Below, piece by piece: positions 1 through 9,971 of a stretch of DNA of 56,996 bases; within the stretch, counting starts at the first letter, position 1; every line of letters starts with the position of its first letter. Under the pieces are notes generated by a model, which ran no database searches, was not told the DNA's origin, and was given only the letters and a program-made list of their open reading frames with translations. The position numbers and the translations under genes were made by a program. Where the stretch lies: sequence record SRR31156797_1175. One strand, written 5' to 3'.

Positions 1-1269
1 AGTAATTTCCCACTCATTATGACACTCTTCACCATTCATGGTTACCATTGGGTACAAAGCAGCTCCATTGGTAAATCCAAGCTTTTCGGCATTCTCAATC
101 GCTTTTTGCAATTGCTTGTGACGATAAATCAATAAATTACGAGTAACCTCTGGCTTAGAGGTACTTAAGTAGAAAGGAACACAATATGCTTCAGTATCCC
201 AATAAGTTGATCCACCATATTTTTCACCAGTAAATCCTTTAGGACCTATATTCAATCTTTCATCTTCACCAGTATAAGTCTGGTTCATTTGGAAAATATT
301 GAATCGAATTGCTTGTTGCGCTGCAACATCACCTTCAATTACAATATCGCTATGATCCCACTTATCAGCCCAGGCGTTAACGTGTTCTTCCAATAAAGCA
401 CCGTAACCTTTAGCATAGGCAGCAGAAACAACAGTTTGTGCATCGGATGCAATATCAGATTTACTGTGATTTAATGAACTTAGCACACCTGCATATTTGT
501 AAATAGACAATTCTTGGTTTTGCTCTACTTCAAACTCTACAGTATTTGAAATGTATTTTTCTTCTTCATTCAACGAAGGATTTAGCTCAAGTTTCTGACC
601 ATCCTTATACACATCATATTTCATGCTCATACAAACATGAAAATCGAGTTTTTTTGTTTTTGCTGTCACAAATCCTTCTCCAGATAATGATTTTACCTGT
701 AGAACTTCCCAAAATTTCTCATCGTAATTAGAATCCTCATTCATTACATCAGCATCGATGTATGGAGTGAAGCTAATTTTACCATCAAAATTTAAAGGGG
801 TTACGGAATAACGAATTGCACCAACCTCCGATGTAACAATACTCAAAAATCTTTTGGCTTCAATCTTCACTTGATTGCCATTAGAGAGTTTTGCAACGAA
901 AGAACGTTCTAGAACGCCTTCTTTCATATTCAGAGTACGTACAAAATCACTTACCTCGCATTTTGCCAAATCTAGCATTTCACCATTGATTTTTACATCA
1001 ATTCCGATCCAGGTTGGAGCGTTTAATACTTTAGCAAAATATTCAGGGTATCCGTTTTTCCACCAACCTACACGAGTTTTATCAGGATAATAAACTCCTG
1101 CAACATAGGTTCCTTGTAATGTTTCTCCTGAGTAATGTTCCTCGAACATGGCACGCTGTCCCATATTTCCATTACCCAAACTAAATATGCTTTCAGATGC
1201 ACGGTGGTTTTCAGGATTAAATCCCTCTTCAATTATGCACCACTCATCATGCTTTAAATACTCGTTCAT
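1..1269 (-). CDS. GH65 glycoside phosphorylase, probably maltose phosphorylase (5' part; runs off the left edge)
   Basis: Not in the ORF track because it is open at the edge. From ATG at 1269 the - strand reads MNEYLKHDEWCIIEEGFNPENHRASESIFSLGNGNMGQRA...YYPDKTRVGWWKNGYPEYFAK...NIGPKGFTGEKYGGSTYWDTEAY, which are hallmark GH65 motifs. It lies next to beta-PGM. Confidence 0.93.
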   Translation of the reverse strand, partial: MNEYLKHDEWCIIEEGFNPENHRASESIFSLGNGNMGQRAMFEEHYSGETLQGTYVAGVYYPDKTRVGWWKNGYPEYFAKVLNAPTWIGIDVKINGEMLDLAKCEVSDFVRTLNMKEGVLERSFVAKLSNGNQVKIEAKRFLSIVTSEVGAIRYSVTPLNFDGKISFTPYIDADVMNEDSNYDEKFWEVLQVKSLSGEGFVTAKTKKLDFHVCMSMKYDVYKDGQKLELNPSLNEEEKYISNTVEFEVEQNQELSIYKYAGVLSSLNHSKSDIASDAQTVVSAAYAKGYGALLEEHVNAWADKWDHSDIVIEGDVAAQQAIRFNIFQMNQTYTGEDERLNIGPKGFTGEKYGGSTYWDTEAYCVPFYLSTSKPEVTRNLLIYRHKQLQKAIENAEKLGFTNGAALYPMVTMNGEECHNEWEIT

Positions 1270-1382
1270 GATTAATTTCTTTAAAAATGTAATCCTACCG
1301 CAATAACAGTATCAGTAAACAGCAATTATTTTATTCACCGTTAACTACTCACTGTTTGTTTTACACTATTTACTGATTCTTA

Positions 1383-2030
1383 TTAAAAATTTAATTGAGC
1401 CATGGTAAATCCTACGAATCCCGGAACAACAATATTTGCTTTTCCGAGTACTTCTGGTGAACCAATCCCAACACATCTCATATTACCATTAATGGCAGCT
1501 TCGACACCTGCTTCGGCATCTTCAAAAACGATACATTCCGATGGTGAAAATCCTAATAGCTCGGCTCCTTTCAGGAACACTTCAGGATCAGGCTTTGCAT
1601 TGCTAACATGAGTTCCGTCAACAACAGCATCGAAGTAATCAGTCAATTCCAACTGATTTAAAATAGTCATGGCATTTTTACTTGCCGAACCCAAAGCTAT
1701 TTTCACCCCTTCCGCTTTTAGTTCATTAAAGAAATCTTTTACACCTGGAAGAATCTCGTCCGGAGTCATTTTCAAAATAAACTCCACGTAGTTTTTGTTC
1801 TTTTTATCAGCTAATTCAAGCTTTGTCTTCTCGTCTAATTCAACTCCACCAATTTCCAATAAGATATCTAATGAAGTCATTCTACTAACTCCTTTTAATC
1901 TTTCATTATCTTCCTCGGTAAAGTCAAATCCCAATTCATTTGCTAAACTTTTCCATGCGATGTAATGATACTTTGCTGTATCAACAACCACTCCATCTAA
2001 ATCAAAGATGCATGCACTAATCTTTCCCAT
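1383..2030 (-). CDS. pgmB: Beta-phosphoglucomutase (HAD family)
   Basis: FDLDGVVVDT HAD motif I, LKGVSR, SASKNA, KPDPEVF, VFEDAEAG. Start moved to ATG 2030 (MGKISAC) to avoid overlap with the MFS gene. Confidence 0.93.
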   Translation of the reverse strand: MGKISACIFDLDGVVVDTAKYHYIAWKSLANELGFDFTEEDNERLKGVSRMTSLDILLEIGGVELDEKTKLELADKKNKNYVEFILKMTPDEILPGVKDFFNELKAEGVKIALGSASKNAMTILNQLELTDYFDAVVDGTHVSNAKPDPEVFLKGAELLGFSPSECIVFEDAEAGVEAAINGNMRCVGIGSPEVLGKANIVVPGFVGFTMAQLNF

Positions 2031-2049
2031 CGGTTTGTTTAAATAAATT

Positions 2050-3393
2050 TTAATTTTCTGATTGCTTAACAAAAAGCACAGATATGGACCCTAAAATCAT
2101 AATCACTCCGGCAAAAACAAGAATATAGATTCCTTGTCCACCGAAGAAAGTTCTAAGAATAGGACCTCCAAATACACCACTTAAAATCTGTGGCACAACA
2201 ACAGTTAAATTGAATAATCCCATGTAGATTCCCATACGCTTTGCAGGTAAAACTCCTGATAAAATCGTATAAGGCATTGCAAGAATTCCAGCCCATGCTA
2301 TTCCAACTCCAATCATCGAAATCAGAAGCATGTATTGATTTGTAAATAACATTGTAGAAATGAATCCTAATCCTCCTACTAATAAAGCTCCAGCATATAC
2401 AGTTTTACGACTGGTCAAACTGATTAGCTTAGGCATTATAATAGAGAATAAAGCTGCAACTAAACTGTACATAGCGAAACACATTCCAACCCAGTTACCT
2501 GCCTCATTAAAGGCACTTAAGATATTTGTATTCGTTTCTGTTTCGGCATTAAAATCAATTGGAACACCAAAATAATGTTGTGAAATTGCCGTAGTAGAAT
2601 AAACCCATAATAAGAAAAGCGGAAACCAAGAAAACAGCTGTACAATTGACAATTGCTTCATAGTTTTTGGCATATTCATCAATAAAGTCCAAAAGCTTTC
2701 TTTTACAGATTTATCTTCTTCAGTAATATTATTGTATGCTTCGAATTCTTCTGGTGGATATTCTTTTGTTTTAAATACAGTAACCAATACACTGATTAAA
2801 AGAAGAGATCCTCCTATATAAAACGACCATATAACTGAAGGAGCTACATTACCACCAATAGAATCATTTGAAATTCCTGCAGCTGTTAATATAAATGGCA
2901 AAGCCGATCCAATTACAGCTCCAACATTAATTAGGAAACTTTGAACAGAATAACCTACATTTCGTTGTTCCTCTGGTGTCATATCGGCAACCAAGGCTCT
3001 AAATGGCTGAAAAGTTACATTAAATGAACCATCCATTAATGCCAACATTACCACACCAAATATCAATGCACTTCCACCTTTAACTATCATAGGAGCGTTT
3101 GGCATAAAGAACATGGCTAGCATAGAAACAATAGCACCAAAAAGAATGTAAGGAGATCTTCGTCCAAGTTTATTCCAGGTCTTGTCACTAGCTGCTCCAA
3201 CTACTGGTTGAACCAGTAAACCCATAATAGGTGCTACCAACCAGAAAAATGATAATTCGTGTGGGTCGGCTCCCAAACTTGTTAAAATTCTACTTGCATT
3301 TGCATTTTGTAGTGCAAAACCGAATTGTACTCCAAGAAAACCGAAACTTAAATTCCAGATTTGCCAAAAGCTTAAACGAGGTTGTTTCTTCAT
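2050..3393 (-). CDS. MFS (SLC45/MalT-like) maltose/maltodextrin transporter
   Basis: LSFWQIWNLSFGFLGVQFGFALQNAN, SDKTWNKLGRRSPY, about 12 hydrophobic segments, and location in a GH65/pgmB operon. Confidence 0.9.
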   Translation of the reverse strand: MKKQPRLSFWQIWNLSFGFLGVQFGFALQNANASRILTSLGADPHELSFFWLVAPIMGLLVQPVVGAASDKTWNKLGRRSPYILFGAIVSMLAMFFMPNAPMIVKGGSALIFGVVMLALMDGSFNVTFQPFRALVADMTPEEQRNVGYSVQSFLINVGAVIGSALPFILTAAGISNDSIGGNVAPSVIWSFYIGGSLLLISVLVTVFKTKEYPPEEFEAYNNITEEDKSVKESFWTLLMNMPKTMKQLSIVQLFSWFPLFLLWVYSTTAISQHYFGVPIDFNAETETNTNILSAFNEAGNWVGMCFAMYSLVAALFSIIMPKLISLTSRKTVYAGALLVGGLGFISTMLFTNQYMLLISMIGVGIAWAGILAMPYTILSGVLPAKRMGIYMGLFNLTVVVPQILSGVFGGPILRTFFGGQGIYILVFAGVIMILGSISVLFVKQSEN

Positions 3394-3688
3394 TTGATCA
3401 ATTTTAATACTCTGTCTTAAATGTAGACGTTTGAATTTGCTTAATTTAGTATAACTCTAGCCTAATGAGCCTACAATATCGCAACAATTTATAAGGAAGA
3501 AGAAACAAAGAAAGGATCATGAATCAATGTGAAAAAACACACTACAAAGACCAACTAACCATTAAATATCACAACTAACATTTAATAGATTCAGATCGTT
3601 TACATTTCCTTCGTCTATCCGGAAATGAGATCATATTTTTGTAAGGAAGTATATTACTTAAGTCGGAAATGAGGTTTCCCTCTGTGAG

Positions 3689-3696
3689 CAAAATTA
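3689..3696 (-). promoter_or_regulatory. Putative Bacteroidota sigma-A -7 element for the MFS-pgmB-GH65 operon
   Basis: TAATTTTG on the - strand matches TAnnTTTG and implies a leader of about 290 nt. Confidence 0.45.
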
Positions 3697-3776
3697 AAGA
3701 AAATTAACGAATCCATCAAAATTTCTATAGCACTCAAAACTCTACAACCCACTAATTACGGGCTGAAACACCTATA

Positions 3777-3788
3777 TCAAACGTTTGC
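3777..3788. promoter_or_regulatory. Putative LacI-family operator upstream of the MFS operon
   Basis: TCAAACGTTTGC is a near-palindrome with a central CG, typical of LacI sites. Near-identical copies lie upstream of susC. Confidence 0.65.
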
Positions 3789-3860
3789 AACAATTTGTAA
3801 AAAAAATCATTTTTGTATCAGGAATTAACAATTTTCCTAGGCTTATTTCATTTTGCAAAC

Positions 3861-3885
3861 AAAAAAAGGCTGCAAAATGCAGCCT
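3861..3885 (-). terminator. Rho-independent terminator of the LacI gene
   Basis: AGGCTGCA-aaa-TGCAGCCT stem followed by a T7 run on the - strand. Confidence 0.8.
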
Positions 3886-3909
3886 GTATATTATTATATA
3901 AGTAAAAAT

Positions 3910-4929
3910 TTAAAGTTTCTTTGTTGACCCTCTAACAATCAAATTCGTTTTTACAACTTTGGTAACAGGCTCATAATCCATATCTCCTTCTTTAATACGC
4001 CCTACCAACAATTCACTGGCTCTTAAACCAACCTCATAACCATGCTGCTCCAGAGTTGTTAAGTTAGGATCAGTAGTCCTGGACACAAGTCCATCAGTAA
4101 AACCAACAATTGAAATATCCTCCGGCACTCTAAAACCAACTTTCTTTACTGCAGTTAATGCCCCTGCTGCTGTTAATTCATTAACTGCAAAAATCGCATC
4201 AGGCGGTGTGGATAACTTTAGTAATTCAGGAGTCAACTCAATGGATTCTTCATAACTATCGCACTTAATAATCAAATTTTCATCAATTGGCATTTTGTGC
4301 TTTAACAGAGCCTGGCGATATCCTTTTAGTCTGTTTTGTCCTAACAGCATATGCTGCGGTGCAGATAAATGTGCAATACGTTTACAACCTATATTAATTA
4401 AGTGCTCAACTGCCGCAAAAGCTCCAGCAAAATCGTCAACAATTACATTATCAGAAGAAAGTTCATTACAAACTCTATCGAAAAATACAATTGGGATACC
4501 ATTGTCTCTCAATTCTTTAAAATGACTAAAATCTTTAGTTTCCTTTGACATGGAAACCAAAACGCCATCAACTCGACTTGAAAGTAGAGCTTGAACATTG
4601 GCAATTTCCCTCTCAAATGATTCATTAGACTGAAACATCATTACATTATACCCAGCCTTATTAGCAATTTCCTCAATTCCACTTATAACCGACGAAAAAA
4701 AATGGTGTACAATTTCGGGTATAATAACACCAATTATATTGGTCTTACTATGTCGCAAACTTAAAGCAACAGCATTAGGCTTGTAATGCCACTCCTTAGC
4801 TAACTTATTTACAGCTTCTTTGGTTTTTGAACTGATATCAGGATGATCTTTTAAAGCTCTTGAAACCGTCGAAGCGGAAATTCCCAATTCTTTTGCGATA
4901 TCTTTTATAGTAACTTGACCGCTTCTCAT
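3910..4929 (-). CDS. LacI-family transcriptional regulator (MalR-like)
   Basis: VTIKDIAKELGISASTVSRAL helix-turn-helix plus a periplasmic-binding-like sugar domain, divergent from susC. Confidence 0.95.
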   Translation of the reverse strand: MRSGQVTIKDIAKELGISASTVSRALKDHPDISSKTKEAVNKLAKEWHYKPNAVALSLRHSKTNIIGVIIPEIVHHFFSSVISGIEEIANKAGYNVMMFQSNESFEREIANVQALLSSRVDGVLVSMSKETKDFSHFKELRDNGIPIVFFDRVCNELSSDNVIVDDFAGAFAAVEHLINIGCKRIAHLSAPQHMLLGQNRLKGYRQALLKHKMPIDENLIIKCDSYEESIELTPELLKLSTPPDAIFAVNELTAAGALTAVKKVGFRVPEDISIVGFTDGLVSRTTDPNLTTLEQHGYEVGLRASELLVGRIKEGDMDYEPVTKVVKTNLIVRGSTKKL

Positions 4930-5116
4930 AAAAATTTCATAAATTAATAAATCAGAGAATTGAATGCAACTTTAATGTTATCAAAGCATTAAAACACTTT
5001 AATGGCTGTGGTTTTTTTATAGCTGCAAGCTTCGTAAATATAGAAAAAATTAAACAATTTAATCCTTTTAAATACTATTTATTTGGATGATATTCAATTA
5101 TTTCAATATTTAAATA

Positions 5117-5140
5117 TCAAACGATTGCGGTAACGATTGC
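5117..5140. promoter_or_regulatory. Tandem putative LacI operators upstream of susC
   Basis: TCAAACGATTGC (5117-5128) directly followed by GGTAACGATTGC (5129-5140), matching the site at 3777. Confidence 0.65.
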
Positions 5141-5195
5141 GATGATTTATTCACACTTAACTATCAATCATTTATAAGATCATTACGACAATATT

Positions 5196-5203
5196 TATCT
5201 TTG
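5196..5203 (+). promoter_or_regulatory. Putative sigma-A -7 element for the susC operon
   Basis: TATCTTTG matches TAnnTTTG, about 160 bp before the susC start and downstream of the operators. Confidence 0.55.
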
Positions 5204-5360
5204 ATTACAGAAAAAACTAAGGCTAATTTAAGGTTTTGATAACTTTAACATGATTTTAATGTGGGAAGCTTAAAAGTCGGAAATTTGAGTTCATATTTGC
5301 ATCTTGTTTAAAGGATCTTAACCTATAACTAATTTCTAATTTATCTTAAATTTCTATTTT

Positions 5361-8327
5361 ATGGAACTTAACATTAGTATGCTAAGAAAACTGCTTCTTA
5401 TGCTTGTTATGGTATTTTCGTTTACCATTATACATGCACAAGAAAAAGTGGTTAGCGGTACAGTTACCGATGCAAACGATGGCATGGGTATTCCCGGTGT
5501 TTCCGTAGTTGTAAAGGGTACTACTATTGGTACAACAACTGATATCGACGGAAGATATACACTTAGTGTAGATGCTAATTCTACAATTGTATATTCATTT
5601 GTAGGTTACAGACCTCAGGAAATTTTGGTTGGAGATCAAACTCAAATCAATGTGGTTTTAAGTATTGAGACCGAAAACCTTTCCGAAGTTGTGGTAATCG
5701 GATATGGACAAGTTAAAAAGGAAGATAAAACTGGCTCGGTAACGAGTGTTTCTTCAAAAGACTTTAATAAAGGTAATATTACCTCTCCTCAAGATTTATT
5801 AGTAGGAAAAGCTTCAGGTGTAGTTATTACATCGTCTGGTGGTGCTCCTGGTGGTGGCGCTACAATTAGAATTCGTGGTGGTTCTTCACTAAATGCTTCT
5901 AATGATCCTTTAATTATCGTAGATGGTGTACCTATCGAGAGCGTTGGTAACAATGTAAGTGGTAGTTCAAATGCACTTTCGTTTATTAATCCAAACGATA
6001 TTGAAACATTTACCGTACTTAAAGATGCATCGTCAACTGCTATTTATGGTTCTCGTGCTTCCAATGGTGTTATTATTATTAACACTAAAAAAGGTGCAAA
6101 GGGAAAACCGATGCGAATATCTTATAGTGGTAATGTCTCAATTTCAACACCTGAAGATTATGTAGATGTATACTCTGGTGATCAATTAAGAAAAATTGCT
6201 TTCGAACGACCAGAACTATATGATCCTTTAAACTACGACAAATTAGGAACCGAAAACACAGACTGGCAAGACGAAATTTTCAGAACTGCCATTTCTCAGG
6301 ATCACAATGTTGCGGTATCTGGTTCATACAAAGATCTACCATATAGAGTTTCTTTGGGGTATACTGACCAAGAAGGTATCTTAAAAAACACTGACATGCA
6401 AAGATTTACAGCTGCTGTGAATTTAAATCCAAGTTTCCTTGATGACGCTTTAAAGGTAAGTGTAAACGCGAAACTGATGAGCACTAGTAATAACTTTGGT
6501 GATGATGGTGCTATTGGATCTGCCATTTCTATGGATCCAACTCAGCCAGTTTATGATGCTAATGCTCCTGAATTTGGAGGATATTATCAATGGCAAAAGT
6601 ATGGTGCTTCACTTGGAACTCCAAACCCGGTTGAACAAGCTCTAGCTGTAGATAATACATCTGACGTAACAAGATTTGTAGGTAATCTGAAATTAAACTA
6701 CAAACTGCCATTTATTCCTGAATTACAAGCTAATTTAAACCTAGCAACTGATTATACTGAGAGTGATGGAAAAAACAATCGTCCTATTACATCACCTTCA
6801 ACTTTAGTAACGGCTTGGGGTAAGTTAAGTGACTATTCTGCAGAGAATAAAAACAATCTTCTTGACTTTTACTTAAATTATGTGAAAGAATTAAATGAAG
6901 ATCATAGAATTGATGCGACTGCTGGTTATTCATGGCAACATTTTAAAAGAGAAAGTAAAAATTATACAAGATCGATTGTAGATGCAGATCATCCTCTAAT
7001 TGTTGATAATGATACAGAATCTGCAACTGAAAACTATTTGGTTTCTTTCTTTGGACGTTTAAACTATGCTTTCAAAAACAAATATCTTCTTACAGGTACA
7101 TTTAGATATGATGGTTCTTCTCGCTTCTCTGATGATAACAGATGGGGATTCTTCCCTTCTGCAGCAGTTGCTTGGAAAATTCATGAGGAAGATTTCATGA
7201 AAGATTTTGGTTTCCTTTCTGATTTAAAACTAAGATTAGGATGGGGTGTAACAGGTCAGCAAGATGTTGGAAATGATTATCCTTCTCAAGCAAGATATAC
7301 ATCTTCTCAACAAGGGTATTATTATCCAATCGATGGTGTATTTTCTCCAACCTTAAGACCAGATACATACGACCCAGATATTAAATGGGAAGAAACAACA
7401 ACTCAAAACATTGCATTAGATTTTGGATTCTTAAACAACCGAATCAACGGTTCGATTGAATACTATTTCCGTGAAACTAAAGATCTTTTAAACGAAGTAA
7501 CAATTCCTAGTGGAAGTAATTTTTCAAACAGATTGTTGACTAATGTTGGTAGTATGGAAAACAAAGGTATTGAGATTTCCATTAATGCAGTACCAATTTC
7601 AACACCTGATATGTCTTTAAATATTGGGGTAAATTTCACTCATAATAAACAAGAGGTTACCAAATTATTACTAACAGATGATCCTAATTATATTGGTTTA
7701 ACTTATGGTAGTGGTATGACAGGTGTTACCCAGATAACAAGAGTTGGTGAAGAAGCTTATTCATTCTTTGTAAACAAGCAAATCTACGATAACAGTGGTA
7801 ACCCAATTGAAGGTTTATACGAAGATATTGCTGGCAATGGTGGAGTTATTAATGGCGATAATGCTAACAAGTACATTTATCACAGTCCAACACCTGACTA
7901 TATCTTAGGATTTTCAGCAAGGTTTAATTACAAGAATTTTGATATGTCAACAGCTTTAAGAGCGAATATTGATAACTATGTATTGAATCAAGTGGCTTCC
8001 GGAGCATCATATGACCAGATGCAACAAATTGGTTACTGGAAAAATATGCCTACTCACCTAAGTAAAACAAACTTTGTTAAAAGACAGTTTACTTCAGACT
8101 ATTTTGTAGAGAATGCTTCATTCCTAAAGATGGATAATATTAGTGCTGGTTATACATTTGAAAAATTTGCAGGACAAGACATGAATGCAAGAGTAAGTTT
8201 TACAGTTCAAAATGTATTTACAATTACAAACTACAGTGGTCTAGATCCTGAAGTTGATGGAGGTATTGATAGTAATTTTTATCCAAGACCTCGCACATTC
8301 ACATTAGGAGTGAACTTAACATTCTAA
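5361..8327 (+). CDS. susC: SusC/RagA TonB-dependent outer-membrane transporter
   Basis: Signal peptide, CarboxypepD_reg-like N-terminus, plug motif IRIRGGSSLNASNDPLIIVDG, LKDASSTAIYGSRASNGVIII, and C-terminal YPRPRTFTLGVNLTF. Confidence 0.97.
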   Translation: MELNISMLRKLLLMLVMVFSFTIIHAQEKVVSGTVTDANDGMGIPGVSVVVKGTTIGTTTDIDGRYTLSVDANSTIVYSFVGYRPQEILVGDQTQINVVLSIETENLSEVVVIGYGQVKKEDKTGSVTSVSSKDFNKGNITSPQDLLVGKASGVVITSSGGAPGGGATIRIRGGSSLNASNDPLIIVDGVPIESVGNNVSGSSNALSFINPNDIETFTVLKDASSTAIYGSRASNGVIIINTKKGAKGKPMRISYSGNVSISTPEDYVDVYSGDQLRKIAFERPELYDPLNYDKLGTENTDWQDEIFRTAISQDHNVAVSGSYKDLPYRVSLGYTDQEGILKNTDMQRFTAAVNLNPSFLDDALKVSVNAKLMSTSNNFGDDGAIGSAISMDPTQPVYDANAPEFGGYYQWQKYGASLGTPNPVEQALAVDNTSDVTRFVGNLKLNYKLPFIPELQANLNLATDYTESDGKNNRPITSPSTLVTAWGKLSDYSAENKNNLLDFYLNYVKELNEDHRIDATAGYSWQHFKRESKNYTRSIVDADHPLIVDNDTESATENYLVSFFGRLNYAFKNKYLLTGTFRYDGSSRFSDDNRWGFFPSAAVAWKIHEEDFMKDFGFLSDLKLRLGWGVTGQQDVGNDYPSQARYTSSQQGYYYPIDGVFSPTLRPDTYDPDIKWEETTTQNIALDFGFLNNRINGSIEYYFRETKDLLNEVTIPSGSNFSNRLLTNVGSMENKGIEISINAVPISTPDMSLNIGVNFTHNKQEVTKLLLTDDPNYIGLTYGSGMTGVTQITRVGEEAYSFFVNKQIYDNSGNPIEGLYEDIAGNGGVINGDNANKYIYHSPTPDYILGFSARFNYKNFDMSTALRANIDNYVLNQVASGASYDQMQQIGYWKNMPTHLSKTNFVKRQFTSDYFVENASFLKMDNISAGYTFEKFAGQDMNARVSFTVQNVFTITNYSGLDPEVDGGIDSNFYPRPRTFTLGVNLTF

Positions 8328-8338
8328 AAAATCACAAA

Positions 8339-9952
8339 ATGAAGATAAAATATTTAATATTAGGAATTCTGGCATCTGCTATGGTATTTACCTCTTGTAC
8401 AGATGACCTGGATGTGAAACCAATTGACCCTAATCAAATATTAGCTGGTAATCTTGGTGACGATCCTGTATATATGGAACAAACTTTAGCAAAAATATAT
8501 GCAAGTTTCATAATTTCAGGACAAGGAGATGGAGATGCAGATATAACATCGGATGATGATGGTTTCTTTATCACAATGAGAGCATTATGGAATTTACAGA
8601 CAATTACCACCGATGAAGGTATAAATGCTTGGGGTGATGTAGGTATTGCGGATTTAAATACTCAAACATGGAGTCCACAAAATCCATTCCTTACAGCGGT
8701 ATATCAAAGATTAAGCTTAAGTATTACTTATGCTAACGATTTTTTAAATACTTCAGCAAGTAGTGAAAATCCAGATATTATTCAATTCAGAGCTGAAGCA
8801 AGATATTTAAGAGCATTAGCTTACTATTATTTAATGGATTTATTTGGAAATCCTCCATTTACAACTGAAGCTGATGGTGTAGGTAAATATTTCCCAGAAC
8901 AAATTCAGAGAGCACAATTATTTAATTTCATTGTAACTGAATTAAAAGAAATTGAATCTGACTTGGGTGAACCTGGATTCTCTTATCCACAAGCTGATAA
9001 AGCTTCTTGCTGGATGTTACTTGCACGTATCTATCTAAATGCAGAAGTTTATACCGGAACTCCACAATGGGGTGAGTGTAAAACCTATTGCGATTTGGTT
9101 ATTAACAGTGGAGCTTATTCACTTGCTACAGATTACAGACAAAACTTTAGTGCTGATAATGATAGAGGTCATGGTAATAATGAAATGATTTTTGCCTTTG
9201 CTGAAGATGGTCTTAATACTCAAGGTAATGGTGGTACTACTTTCCTTATACAGTCTTCAAGTGATGGAACTTATATCGATGCCGCAACTATGCATGACCT
9301 TCCTGATAATCCAAACTGGAATGGTAACAGAGCAAGAAAAGATTTTATGAATATCTTGGTAGATACTATTGTTACCTATGGTAATGTTCCTGTACCAGCA
9401 GATCCATATTTTGAAATGGCTGCTGACGGTAGAGTTTATTTAGCACAAAAAAGATCAATTAATATTCCTTCTCCTTCTTCAAGCGGAGATTTTGGAATCG
9501 GTGTTTATAAATTTACTGCTAGAAACCACGATGGTACACGAGCTGATAATTACAGTCCAACTTTTGCCTCAACAGATTTTCCTGTATTCCGTTTAGCAGA
9601 CGCTTATTTAATGAGAGCTGAAGCTTTGTTTAATACAGATGGTGCTGCTGCTGCTGTTGCTGATATTAATATTATCAGAGAAAGAGCATATGGTGACAAT
9701 AGTGGGAATGTTACAGCTGGAGATATTGATGCTAACTTCATCCTTGATGAGCGTGCTCGTGAATTCTACTACGAAGGACAAAGACGTACAGACTTAGTTC
9801 GATTCGGTCAATTTACTGATGGTGCTTACCACTGGCAGTGGAAAGGCGGTACTTTTGATGGTACTGGTACAAGTAGCCACAGAAATCTTTTCCCAATTCC
9901 AGGAGATGAAATTTCTGCTAATCCTAATATCAAGCAGAATAGTGGGTATTAA
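8339..9952 (+). CDS. susD: SusD-family glycan-binding lipoprotein
   Basis: Lipobox FTSC, FPVFRLADAYLMRAEA, ILDERAREFYYEGQRRTDLVRFG, C-terminal NPNIKQN; immediately follows susC. Confidence 0.96.
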   Translation: MKIKYLILGILASAMVFTSCTDDLDVKPIDPNQILAGNLGDDPVYMEQTLAKIYASFIISGQGDGDADITSDDDGFFITMRALWNLQTITTDEGINAWGDVGIADLNTQTWSPQNPFLTAVYQRLSLSITYANDFLNTSASSENPDIIQFRAEARYLRALAYYYLMDLFGNPPFTTEADGVGKYFPEQIQRAQLFNFIVTELKEIESDLGEPGFSYPQADKASCWMLLARIYLNAEVYTGTPQWGECKTYCDLVINSGAYSLATDYRQNFSADNDRGHGNNEMIFAFAEDGLNTQGNGGTTFLIQSSSDGTYIDAATMHDLPDNPNWNGNRARKDFMNILVDTIVTYGNVPVPADPYFEMAADGRVYLAQKRSINIPSPSSSGDFGIGVYKFTARNHDGTRADNYSPTFASTDFPVFRLADAYLMRAEALFNTDGAAAAVADINIIRERAYGDNSGNVTAGDIDANFILDERAREFYYEGQRRTDLVRFGQFTDGAYHWQWKGGTFDGTGTSSHRNLFPIPGDEISANPNIKQNSGY

Positions 9953-9971
9953 TAATTTAAATCCAATAAAA

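Noticed and set aside
546-1090. Short + strand ORFs 546-731 and 875-1090
   Set aside because: Antisense shadows of the GH65 gene, which the ORF track missed because it is open at the window edge.
9819-9971. N-terminal extension of the susE-like ORF overlapping susD
   Set aside because: The lipoprotein signal begins at ATG 9972; the extension is an alternate frame of susD.
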